Below are positions 17,256 through 25,491 of a stretch of DNA of 30,272 nucleotides, piece by piece. The number at the start of each line of letters is the position of its first letter. Within the stretch, counting starts at the first letter, position 1. Source of the stretch: Escherichia phage S164. The stretch lies in the sequence record ON239131; one strand, given 5' to 3'. The translations under genes and the position numbers were made by a program. The notes under the pieces were generated by a model. It ran no database searches, had not been told where the DNA came from, and worked only from the letters and a program-made list of their open reading frames with translations.

Positions 17256-19695
17256 CAATGTAAAATTACAGGTATTGCTCAGGGCTGTTGACCAGGCATC
17301 CCGCCCGTTTAAATCCATCCGTACAGCGAGCAAGTCGCTGTCGGGGGATATCCGGGAAACACAAAAATCACTGCGCGAGCTGAACGGTCAGGCATCCCGT
17401 ATTGAGGGATTTCGCAAGACCAGTGCACAGCTCGCCGTGACTGGTCATGCACTTGAAAAGGCACGGCAGGAGGCCGAAGCCCTTGCCACACAATTTAAAA
17501 ATACCGAACGTCCGACCCGTGCTCAGGCGAAAGTGCTGGAATCAGCAAAGCGTGCGGCGGAGGACTTACAGGCGAAATATAACCGCCTGACGGATTCCGT
17601 TAAACGCCAGCAGCGGGAGCTGGCCGCTGTGGGAATTAATACCCGCAATCTTGCACATGATGAGCAGGGACTGAAAAACCGTATCAGTGAAACCACCGCA
17701 CAGCTTAACCGTCAGCGCGACGCGCTGGCGCGTGTCAGTGCGCAACAGGCAAAACTTAACGCAGTCAAACAGCGTTATCAGGCCGGAAAGGAACTGGCCG
17801 GAAATATGGCCTCAGTAGGCGCTGCCGGTGTGGGGATTGCGGCGGCGGGAACGATGGCCGGAGTTAAGTTGCTGATGCCCGGTTATGAGTTTGCGCAGAA
17901 AAACTCAGAATTGCAGGCTGTGCTCGGTGTGGCAAAAGACTCCGCCGAAATGGCTGCACTACGCAAGCAGGCGCGCCAGCTCGGCGACAACACCGCCGCC
18001 TCAGCGGATGATGCGGCCGGTGCGCAGATTATCATTGCGAAAGCGGGTGGAGATGCTGCGGCTATTCAGGCGGCAACGCCGGTCACGCTGAATATGGCAC
18101 TGGCGAATCAGCGGTCGATGGAAGAAAACGCGCAACTGTTGCTGGGGACTAAAGCATCTTTTCAACTGTCAAATGATGATGTCAGCCATGTGGGCGATGT
18201 GTTGTCGGCAACGATGAATAAGTCGGCGGCTGATTTTCAGGGACTTAGTGATGCACTGACTTATCTTGGCCCGGTCGCAAGAACGGCAGGTGTAAGTCTT
18301 GAGCAGGCAGCGGCCATGACAGGTGTGCTGCATGACAATAACATCAGGGGGTCAATGGCGGGTACGGGTAGCAGTGCCGTTGTCACCCGATTACAGGCAC
18401 CGACTGGAAAAGCATGGGATGCACTCAAAGAGCTTGGCGTTAAAACCTCGGACAAAAAGGGAAATATGCGTCCGTTGTTCACCATTCTGAAAGAGATTCA
18501 GGCCAGCTTTGATAAACACAAGCTGGGAACGTCTCAGAAGGGGGAATACCTTAAAACCATTTTTGGTGAGGAAGCCCTGAAATCAGCGAACGTTTTACTG
18601 GCAGCGGCAGCAAGCGGAAAACTGGATACGCTGACCGCCACGCTGAAAGCCTCGGACGGTAAAACGGAAGAGCTGGTTAAAATCATGCAGGATAACCTCG
18701 GCGGTGACTTTAAGGAGTTTCAGTCCGCTTATGAGGCGGTGGGGACTGACCTGTTTGACCAGCAGGAAGGCGCACTGCGTAAGCTCACTCAGACGGCCAC
18801 AAAGTATGTGTTAAAACTCGACGGCTGGATCCAGAAAAACAAATCACTGGCGTCAACCATCGGCCTCATTGTCGGTGGCGCGCTGGCGCTTATTGGCATC
18901 ATCGGTGCCATTGGTCTTGTAGCCTGGCCGGTTATCACCGGCATCAATGCCATCATCGCGGCAGCAGGCGCAATGGGGGCAATCTTCACGACGGTTGGTA
19001 GTGCCGTTATGACGGCCATCGGGGCGATTAGCTGGCCGGTTGTGGCCGTGGTGGCCGCCATTGTCGCCGGGGCGTTGCTTATCCGTAAATACTGGGAGCC
19101 TGTCAGCGCATTCTTTGGCGGTGTGGTTGAAGGGCTGAAAGCGGCATTTGCGCCGGTGGGGGAACTGTTCACGCCACTTAAGCCGGTGTTTGACTGGCTG
19201 GGCGAAAAGTTACAGGCCGCGTGGCAGTGGTTTAAAAACCTGATTGCCCCGGTTAAAGCCACCCAGGACACCCTGAACCGTTGCCGTGATACGGGTGTCA
19301 TGTTCGGGCAGGCACTGGCTGACGCGCTGATGCTGCCGCTTAATGCGTTCAACAAACTGCGCAGCGGTATTGACTGGGTACTGGAAAAACTCGGTGTCAT
19401 CAACAAAGAGTCAGACACACTTGACCAGACCGCCGCCAGAACTCATGCCGCCACGTATGGCACCGGTGGTTATATTCCGGCGACCAGCTCTTATGCAGGC
19501 TATCAGGCTTATCAGCCGGTCACGGCACCGGCTGGCCGCTCTTATGTAGACCAGAGTAAAAACGAATATCACATCAGCCTGACGGGTGGTACTGCGCCGG
19601 GGACACAGCTTGACCGCCAGTTACAGGATGCGCTCGAAAAATACGAGCGGGATAAACGTGCGCGCGCCCGTGCCAGCATGATGCATGACGGTTAA
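17248..19695 (+). CDS. T: Tail tape measure protein, P2 gpT
   Basis: 815 aa, equal to P2 T, with a coiled-coil N-terminal region and hydrophobic Gly/Ala-rich central segments. Confidence 0.9.
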   Translation: MSNNVKLQVLLRAVDQASRPFKSIRTASKSLSGDIRETQKSLRELNGQASRIEGFRKTSAQLAVTGHALEKARQEAEALATQFKNTERPTRAQAKVLESAKRAAEDLQAKYNRLTDSVKRQQRELAAVGINTRNLAHDEQGLKNRISETTAQLNRQRDALARVSAQQAKLNAVKQRYQAGKELAGNMASVGAAGVGIAAAGTMAGVKLLMPGYEFAQKNSELQAVLGVAKDSAEMAALRKQARQLGDNTAASADDAAGAQIIIAKAGGDAAAIQAATPVTLNMALANQRSMEENAQLLLGTKASFQLSNDDVSHVGDVLSATMNKSAADFQGLSDALTYLGPVARTAGVSLEQAAAMTGVLHDNNIRGSMAGTGSSAVVTRLQAPTGKAWDALKELGVKTSDKKGNMRPLFTILKEIQASFDKHKLGTSQKGEYLKTIFGEEALKSANVLLAAAASGKLDTLTATLKASDGKTEELVKIMQDNLGGDFKEFQSAYEAVGTDLFDQQEGALRKLTQTATKYVLKLDGWIQKNKSLASTIGLIVGGALALIGIIGAIGLVAWPVITGINAIIAAAGAMGAIFTTVGSAVMTAIGAISWPVVAVVAAIVAGALLIRKYWEPVSAFFGGVVEGLKAAFAPVGELFTPLKPVFDWLGEKLQAAWQWFKNLIAPVKATQDTLNRCRDTGVMFGQALADALMLPLNAFNKLRSGIDWVLEKLGVINKESDTLDQTAARTHAATYGTGGYIPATSSYAGYQAYQPVTAPAGRSYVDQSKNEYHISLTGGTAPGTQLDRQLQDALEKYERDKRARARASMMHDG

Positions 19696-19709
19696 GGAGG
19701 TGACGAAAA

Positions 19710-20189
19710 ATGATGCTCGCGTTAGGTATGTTTGTTTTTATGCGCCAGACGCTGCCACACCAGACCATGCAGCGTGAATCAGATTATCGCTGGCCGTCAA
19801 ATTCCCGTATCGGTAAACGGGATGCCTTTCAGTTTCTCGGTGTTGGCGAGGAAAACATCACGCTTGCCGGTGTGCTTTATCCCGAGCTGACCGGCGGAAA
19901 GCTGACGATGACTACGCTCAGGCTGATGGCAGAGGAAGGCCGGGCGTGGCCGTTGCTGGATGGCACCGGCATGATTTACGGCATGTATGTCATCAGCAGG
20001 GTGAGTGAAACAGGGAGTATTTTCTTTGCAGACGGCACACCCAGAAAAATTGATTTTACGCTGTCGCTCACCCGCGTTGATGAATCACTGGCCGCGCTTT
20101 ATGGCGATATCGGTAAACAGGCGGAATCGCTCATCGGTAAGGCTGGCAGTATGGCGACTAAATTCACGGGTATGACGGGGGCGGGATAA
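19710..20189 (+). CDS. U: Tail protein, P2 gpU
   Basis: 159 aa, equal to P2 U. Confidence 0.88.
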   Translation: MMLALGMFVFMRQTLPHQTMQRESDYRWPSNSRIGKRDAFQFLGVGEENITLAGVLYPELTGGKLTMTTLRLMAEEGRAWPLLDGTGMIYGMYVISRVSETGSIFFADGTPRKIDFTLSLTRVDESLAALYGDIGKQAESLIGKAGSMATKFTGMTGAG

Positions 20190-21352
20190 TGCTGGATGCG
20201 CTGACATTTGATGCAGGCAGTACGCTGACGCCGGATTACATGCTGATGCTCGACAGCAGGGATATTACCGGCAATATCAGCGACCGTCTGATGAGTATGA
20301 CCCTGACGGATAGCCGGGGCTTTGAGGCTGACCAGCTTGATATTGAACTGAACGATGCCGACGGGCAGGTCGGGCTGCCGGTTCGTGGCGCTGTCCTGAC
20401 GGTGTATATCGGCTGGAAAGGTTTTGCCCTGGTATGTAAAGGGAAATTCACCGTTGATGAGGTTGAACACCGGGGCGCACCGGATGTGGTCACCATCCGC
20501 GCCCGGAGTGCAGATTTTCGCGGGACGCTCAATTCCCGCCGTGAAGGCTCCTGGCATGACACCACGCTCGGTGCGATTGTTGAGGCGATTGCCTCCCGTA
20601 ACAGGCTGGAAGCCAGTGTCGCTCCGTCACTGGCCGGAATTAAAATCCCGCACATCGACCAGTCGCAGGAGTCTGATGCTAAATTCCTGACCCGTCTTGC
20701 TGAACGCAACGGCGGTGAGGTGTCGGTAAAAATGGGAAAACTGCTGTTTCTCAAAGCGGGGCAGGGGGTGACGGCCAGCGGTAAAAAAATCCCGCAGGTC
20801 ACCATCACCCGCAGCGACGGTGACCGCCATCATTTTGCGATTGCTGACCGTGGAGCCTACACCGGCGTAACGGCAAAGTGGTTACACACCAAAGACCCGA
20901 AGCCGCAAAAGCAGAAGGTAAAACTGAAACGCAAAAAGAAAGAGAAACACCTGCGCGCACTGGAGCACCCGAAAGCGAAACCGGTCACGCAGAAGAAAGC
21001 GCCAAAAGTACCGGAAGCGCGCGAAGGTGAATACATGGCAGGTGAGGCTGACAATGTTTTTGCCCTGACCACGGTATATGCCACGAAAGCGCAGGCCATG
21101 CGCGCCGCTCAGGCGAAGTGGGATAAACTGCAACGGGGCGTTGTGGAGTTCTCCATCAGCCTGGCTACCGGTCGGGCTGATATTTACACGGAAACACCGG
21201 TTAAAGTGTCAGGCTTTAAGCGCGTCATAGACGAGCAGGACTGGACAATCACTAAGGTGACACATTTTCTGAATAATAGCGGCTTCACGACGTCCTTAGA
21301 GCTTGAGGTCAGGCTTTCTGATGTGGAGTACGAAACAGAAGATGATGAGTGA
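20189..21352 (+). CDS. D: Tail protein, P2 gpD
   Basis: 387 aa, equal to P2 D. Confidence 0.88.
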   Translation: MLDALTFDAGSTLTPDYMLMLDSRDITGNISDRLMSMTLTDSRGFEADQLDIELNDADGQVGLPVRGAVLTVYIGWKGFALVCKGKFTVDEVEHRGAPDVVTIRARSADFRGTLNSRREGSWHDTTLGAIVEAIASRNRLEASVAPSLAGIKIPHIDQSQESDAKFLTRLAERNGGEVSVKMGKLLFLKAGQGVTASGKKIPQVTITRSDGDRHHFAIADRGAYTGVTAKWLHTKDPKPQKQKVKLKRKKKEKHLRALEHPKAKPVTQKKAPKVPEAREGEYMAGEADNVFALTTVYATKAQAMRAAQAKWDKLQRGVVEFSISLATGRADIYTETPVKVSGFKRVIDEQDWTITKVTHFLNNSGFTTSLELEVRLSDVEYETEDDE

Positions 21353-21433
21353 TGTTTTTATTTTATCTGTTTGTTTTATAAGGATAAATTGACTAAAATG
21401 GCACCATCAACAAAACCGGAAGAGGTGCTCGCG

Positions 21434-21652
21434 ATGTTTCATTGTCCTTTATGCCAGCATGCCGCACATGCGCGTACAAGCCGCTATATCACTGACACGA
21501 CAAAAGAGCGTTATCACCAGTGTCAGAACGTGAATTGCAGCGCCACGTTCATCACTTATGAGTCGGTACAGCGATACATCGTGAAGCCGGGAGAAGTCCA
21601 CGCCGTCAGGCCGCACCCGTTGCCGTCAGGGCAGCAAATTATGTGGATGTAA
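21434..21652 (+). CDS. ogr: Late-gene transcriptional activator Ogr (C4 zinc finger)
   Basis: Starting at MFHCPLCQHAAHARTSRYITDTTKERYHQCQNVNCSATF gives 72 aa, equal to P2 Ogr, with a CxxC...CxxxxC zinc-binding motif. The 93-aa ORF from 21371 is an over-extension. Confidence 0.88.
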   Translation: MFHCPLCQHAAHARTSRYITDTTKERYHQCQNVNCSATFITYESVQRYIVKPGEVHAVRPHPLPSGQQIMWM

Positions 21653-21664
21653 TTACAAACAGAA

Positions 21665-21691
21665 AGCCCCTCAGTCGAGGGGCTTTTTTTG
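21665..21691 (+). terminator. Rho-independent terminator after ogr
   Basis: AGCCCCTC agtc GAGGGGCT followed by TTTTTTT. Confidence 0.75.
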
Positions 21692-21868
21692 TCGATGTGG
21701 TCAATGTGTGGACGTGACCAGAAATAAATCCTTTTATTTCATGCAATTAGATATCAAAAAATGTCACCAATAACTGACTTGGTAGCCCCCGCCGCAGCGG
21801 TATTTTCTGTTGTATTACAATTAGTTAAATTACTCATATCGCTTCAATTGGCTCTAGTTAACTCTGGT
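21692..21868. other. attP: Candidate attP region (AT-rich, flanked by TGGAC-type direct repeats)
   Basis: The interval between ogr and the int 3' end is where attP lies in P2 and 186. It is AT-rich. TGTGGTC and TGTGGAC lie 11 bp apart at 21695-21712, and TTATGGAC occurs twice 12 bp apart at 21856-21875, running into the end of int. Confidence 0.4.
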
Positions 21869-22864
21869 TTATGGACGCATTATGGACATTCCTGACACCG
21901 GGTTAAGAGTCACAGCATCTTGTAAGAAATCCGGTGCAAAGTGTGCGTAGGTCATAGTTTGCTGAATGTTAGAATGACCCAGGATGCGCTGCAATGTGAT
22001 TATGTTACCTCCATTCATTATAAAATGTGTGGCAAATGTATGCCTCAAAACATGCACTGCCTGTCCGTCAGGTAAATCGGGTTTTACTTCCCTGAGAGCG
22101 TTGCGCACTTTGTAGTAACTGGCATTAAAAAGCCTGCCTGAATTTTTGGTCTTGATCCGTTTAATCAGGTCCTGCGAAACGGGAATTGTCCTGCGCTTTC
22201 CGTTTTTAGTTTTCATAAACGTAACCATCTGGTTAATGATGTGTTCAGCTTTCAAATTAGACACTTCACTCCAGCGTCCACCAGTAGAAAGGCAGACCAG
22301 AGTTGCATTTAACTCATCACCATCAAGCATGGATAACAGCCGCGTAATCTCTTCACTGGACAAAAAAGCCATTTCCGTAACAGCTTCACGTAACCGCTTA
22401 ACCTCACGGAACGGGTTGTGAGAGTGATATTCACCGGCGTCAATTAACTTGGTGAACATCCCGCTCATTATTGCCAGATGCCGATTTACGCTGGCTGGTT
22501 TTAGGCCATCGTTCATCATTACAACGCGATAATCAGTTATCGTTTTCTTTGTTAGCTGGTCCGCCCTGGACACTCCCATCTCGGCAAATTTGGCGATTAT
22601 TGTCGTCAAACGCCCTCGTTCAATATCTCCACGCTCATGTGATTTTCCGTGATATATCCACCATCTGCCTAACAACTCTGTAAGAGTTCGGCGGTCGGCC
22701 GGCTTCTCCAACCACTCTTTGTTGTGGTAGTTAACCAGGACATGACGTTCGAATGCTTGAGCTTCACCTTTAGTTTTAAATTTCCGCCTGATACGTTTTC
22801 CATCTGCACCCTGCGGTCTGACGTCCACTTCATAACGACCATCATCGAGCTTTTTAATAGACAT
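21869..22864 (-). CDS. int: Tyrosine integrase, P2/186 family
   Basis: 331 aa. The C-terminal catalytic region HVLRHTFATHFIMNGGNIITLQRILGHSNIQQTMTYAHF carries the R-H-R-Y signature. The N-terminus MSIKKLDDGRYEVDVRPQGADGKRIRRKFKTKGEA has the P2/186 integrase arm-binding pattern. A GGAGGG ribosome-binding site precedes the ATG. Confidence 0.88.
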   Translation of the reverse strand: MSIKKLDDGRYEVDVRPQGADGKRIRRKFKTKGEAQAFERHVLVNYHNKEWLEKPADRRTLTELLGRWWIYHGKSHERGDIERGRLTTIIAKFAEMGVSRADQLTKKTITDYRVVMMNDGLKPASVNRHLAIMSGMFTKLIDAGEYHSHNPFREVKRLREAVTEMAFLSSEEITRLLSMLDGDELNATLVCLSTGGRWSEVSNLKAEHIINQMVTFMKTKNGKRRTIPVSQDLIKRIKTKNSGRLFNASYYKVRNALREVKPDLPDGQAVHVLRHTFATHFIMNGGNIITLQRILGHSNIQQTMTYAHFAPDFLQDAVTLNPVSGMSIMRP

Positions 22865-22957
22865 AAAGCCCTCCGATGACGCTGTTTACTTCTACTACTT
22901 GAAAATTAATGCAATTTTCTTTCGTACATTTACTGCACACATATGCTGAATAAATCG

Positions 22958-23269
22958 TCAGCCAGTCTTTTGGTCTGAGTGGTGCAAGGTTGTTGAGTCT
23001 TGCCCAATGTGCGCGAGCGCCGGGGCTATTTGTCCGCCAGCGGGATCAGTTTCATCAAACATGAACCAGTCACGGTACTTGCGAAATCTTTCTGGCTTGA
23101 AAAATTTCATACCTGCGTCAAAAGACATCTTTACTTTTCCCTGCTCATATCCAGCATAGGTGTTGTAGTTAATTCCAGTTAATTCAGCAACTTGCTTCCT
23201 TGTCATTCTTTCTGATTCCCGAATAAGTGCGAGTTTCTCTGCTTGAGATGTGATTTGTGTATTTGACAT
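22958..23269 (-). CDS. C: Immunity repressor, P2 C-like
   Basis: 103 aa with a helix-turn-helix (RKQVAELTGINYNTYAGYEQG). The C-terminus GQIAPALAHIGQDSTTLHHSDQKTG is almost identical to my recollection of the P2 C end (GQIAPALAHFGQ...SGQKTG). Confidence 0.85.
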   Translation of the reverse strand: MSNTQITSQAEKLALIRESERMTRKQVAELTGINYNTYAGYEQGKVKMSFDAGMKFFKPERFRKYRDWFMFDETDPAGGQIAPALAHIGQDSTTLHHSDQKTG

Positions 23270-23273
23270 GAAT

Positions 23274-23301
23274 TGTCGCGTAATTTATGTTGTATGCGAC
23301 A
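23274..23301. promoter_or_regulatory. Inverted repeat TGTCGC-N16-GCGACA in the C/cox switch region: candidate operator over the early promoter
   Basis: Seen directly at 23274-23301, 5 bp from the C start codon. The P2 Pe/Pc operators lie in the corresponding interval. Confidence 0.35.
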
Positions 23302-23368
23302 CGCCAGAACAACGCAGAGCGGCTTCAAATAGCTCTGATTGAATGGCACCAAAGTTGAGGATATCAAA

Positions 23369-23725
23369 ATGAGTATTGGATCAGAAATGAATAACGATGT
23401 TGGAGAAAAAGTATCTGATCTCACAAAAAGTAAAAAATGTGACATCAAACTTGCAGCCGCACCGTCGGATTTGCTCTCGAAAGAGGGTTTTGCTCTTTAC
23501 ATCGGTAAGACGCCTCGTGCTGTTGCTGAAATGGCGAAAGCAGGCAAGTTACCAGCCTTTTATATGACGGACCCATTAAAGCCGGGCGGTCATGCTGAGT
23601 TATGGATTAATCGTCGTGAGTGGGACAAGTACGCAGCCCAGCTAGTTGATGAAGCTCCGACAGAATGGCATGACTGGAAAAATCGCATTAGTTACAGCAA
23701 ATCAAGACATGGCCGTGCGGCTTAA
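23369..23725 (+). CDS. cox: Cox-like excisionase / early-promoter repressor
   Basis: First gene of the rightward early operon, opposite C. LPAFYMTDPLKPGGHAELWI resembles P2 Cox LPVIDMTDP...GEYWVY. A GAGGA ribosome-binding site precedes ATG 23369; the upstream ATG 23339 is less likely. At 118 aa it is longer than P2 Cox (91 aa). Confidence 0.65.
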   Translation: MSIGSEMNNDVGEKVSDLTKSKKCDIKLAAAPSDLLSKEGFALYIGKTPRAVAEMAKAGKLPAFYMTDPLKPGGHAELWINRREWDKYAAQLVDEAPTEWHDWKNRISYSKSRHGRAA

Positions 23726-23735
23726 GGTGGAAAGG

Positions 23736-23906
23736 ATGAACGAGCCTCGTTGTATTGCTCAGTTATTGCGTAACGAAAGCCCCAGGGCGATTGACTTCAC
23801 CATCACCCACGGGAAGGGGCGCAAGGGAATCATTATCCGTACCAAAAAACAGAGTCCGTTAAAAAAGGCTCTGACCTTTCTGAAAAGCCGGAGGGTCTGG
23901 AAATGA
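23736..23906 (+). CDS. Small basic hypothetical protein (P2 orf78 position)
   Basis: 56-aa ORF with an AAGGTGGAAAGG ribosome-binding site, between cox and B. The longer 86-aa ORF from 23646 overlaps cox and lacks a ribosome-binding site. Confidence 0.5.
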   Translation: MNEPRCIAQLLRNESPRAIDFTITHGKGRKGIIIRTKKQSPLKKALTFLKSRRVWK

Positions 23907-24403
23907 CAGTGATGACGCTTAATCTCGTCGAAAAACAGCCAGCAGCTATGCGCCGGATAATTGGTAAGCATCTTGCCGTCCCTCGCTGGCAGGAGACATG
24001 CGATTATTATAATCAGATGATGGAACGCGAACGGCTAACGGTTTGCTTCCATGCGCAGTTAAAACAGCGTCACGCAACGATGCGTTTTGAAGAAATGAAT
24101 GATGTCGAACGTGAACGACTGGTATGTGCAATTGATGAATTGCGTGGGGCATTCTCAAAACGCCGTCAGGTTGGCGCAAGTGAGTATGCATATATTAGTT
24201 TTTTAACAGTCAGTCAGCGTCGTACTTTATTTATGCATGCCGGATTGACTGAAAAAGAATTCAACCAGCCATACTGGCGAATTAATGAAGAATCATGTTA
24301 CTGGCGTGATGCTTTATTCCGTGCATTACGTGAATTATTCAGCCTGTTTGAGTATGCACCGACAATTCTGACGTCGGTAAAACCAGAGCAATATCTGCAT
24401 TAA
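23903..24403 (+). CDS. B: Replication protein B (helicase-loader-like), P2 gpB
   Basis: 166 aa, equal to P2 B, in the B position upstream of A. Confidence 0.85.
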   Translation: MTVMTLNLVEKQPAAMRRIIGKHLAVPRWQETCDYYNQMMERERLTVCFHAQLKQRHATMRFEEMNDVERERLVCAIDELRGAFSKRRQVGASEYAYISFLTVSQRRTLFMHAGLTEKEFNQPYWRINEESCYWRDALFRALRELFSLFEYAPTILTSVKPEQYLH

Positions 24404-24468
24404 GTAATTAACCAGAGTTTTTAACGCACTTAATTGTGCGGGGGGCTTCTTTTTGCCTGGAGAAAGTC

Positions 24469-24693
24469 ATGCATACAGTTTCTGAAAATCAGTGCGGTAA
24501 ATACGCATTACTGCTGCAACAGGCCAGAACCGAAGCACAGGCCGACGCAGCGACGCGCTTTTCTTCTCATCTTGACGCCATGATTCGCCACATCACAAAG
24601 GCGGAGTTATCCCGCGTGGAGATAGTCGAGCTGCTCAGTCAGGAGTCGGAAAAATTTCACAATATCGGATTGTCTCGCGGGGAGGTGCTTTGA
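24469..24693 (+). CDS. Hypothetical early protein (P2 orf80 position)
   Basis: 74-aa ORF with a GGAGAAAG ribosome-binding site. Its stop overlaps the next gene's start. Confidence 0.5.
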   Translation: MHTVSENQCGKYALLLQQARTEAQADAATRFSSHLDAMIRHITKAELSRVEIVELLSQESEKFHNIGLSRGEVL

Positions 24694-24995
24694 TGTCCTG
24701 TTCTCGTTCAGTTGTATTACTGAATAACGCCTTAAAAATCGCCGTTATGAAAAATGGCGATTTATCTCTTATTCAACTTGGTCTTGATAAAGAAAAACGC
24801 GAAATAACTGAGTCTGTTATCGCGATTTATCAGAACGAATTAAATCTCCTGTCTGATGTGGTCAATTTACTTGTTAAACGCGCTGTATTTCACAAGCAAA
24901 TCTCCTCCGTGGATGAACTGACGAAATTAACGACAGAAATTGCCAGCTATTGCGCTGATGAATTTAAAAAACTTAACGACAAAAGGAGCTGGTAA
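24690..24995 (+). CDS. Hypothetical early protein (P2 orf81 position)
   Basis: 101-aa ORF, translationally coupled on both sides. Confidence 0.55.
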   Translation: MMSCSRSVVLLNNALKIAVMKNGDLSLIQLGLDKEKREITESVIAIYQNELNLLSDVVNLLVKRAVFHKQISSVDELTKLTTEIASYCADEFKKLNDKRSW

Positions 24996-25219
24996 TGCCG
25001 GACAACGTAGATTTTATTCAGAAACAACAGGCTGAATTACTGGAGCGCCAGATTAACGCGGCAAGGGTAAAGCATTGCGGTGTTTCTGCGCTGGTTTGCG
25101 AAGAGTGTGACGCGCCAATACCTGCTGCCCGTCGTGCGGCTTATCCGTCAGCCACGCGTTGTGTTTCCTGCCAGTCAGTCTTTGAAGCAAAAAACAAACA
25201 TTACCGGAGAACGTCATGA
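24995..25219 (+). CDS. TraR/DksA-family C4 zinc-finger protein (P2 orf82-like)
   Basis: 74 aa. The CEECDAPIP...RCVSCQ four-cysteine motif follows an N-terminal helix, the architecture of TraR/DksA. Confidence 0.7.
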   Translation: MPDNVDFIQKQQAELLERQINAARVKHCGVSALVCEECDAPIPAARRAAYPSATRCVSCQSVFEAKNKHYRRTS

Positions 25220-25491
25220 GTATTCGTATTGAAATTGGCGAACGTTATGTCGTTACCAGTGACAGCTTTCAGTTTATTCTCCACGAGAAAAAGAGAGCTG
25301 AAAGCGGTAAAAACGCCGGTCAGGAATGGCTGGCGGTGGTTGGTTATTACCCGAAATTAAGCCAGCTTGTTTCCGGCCTGATGCATCACGATATTCTGAC
25401 CGGAAGCGCAAAGTCTTTTGCTGATTTAAACGCGCAGGTTGAGCAACTCAGCAAGCGTTGTTCAGAGGCTTTTGGCTCATATGGCCGTTAA
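25216..25491 (+). CDS. Hypothetical early protein (P2 orf83 position)
   Basis: 91-aa ORF overlapping the A start. Confidence 0.55.
   Translation: MSIRIEIGERYVVTSDSFQFILHEKKRAESGKNAGQEWLAVVGYYPKLSQLVSGLMHHDILTGSAKSFADLNAQVEQLSKRCSEAFGSYGR

Noticed and set aside
18789-19418. 209-aa minus-strand ORF inside the tape measure gene
   Set aside because: It is antisense to the Gly/Ala-rich hydrophobic region of T. Compositional artefact.
20857-21133. Two minus-strand ORFs of about 80 aa inside D (Phe/Arg-rich)
   Set aside because: They are antisense to the Lys-rich KPQKQKVKLKRKKKEK stretch of D. Artefacts.
21371-21433. N-terminal extension of ogr from 21371
   Set aside because: The zinc-finger protein starting at MFHCPLC matches the 72-aa P2 Ogr. 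The extension has no ribosome-binding site.
25439-25480. Fourteen-codon N-terminal extension of A (MSNSASVVQRLLAH-)
   Set aside because: MAVKASGRF at 25481 gives the 761-aa P2 A length, and the extension lies inside the preceding ORF.
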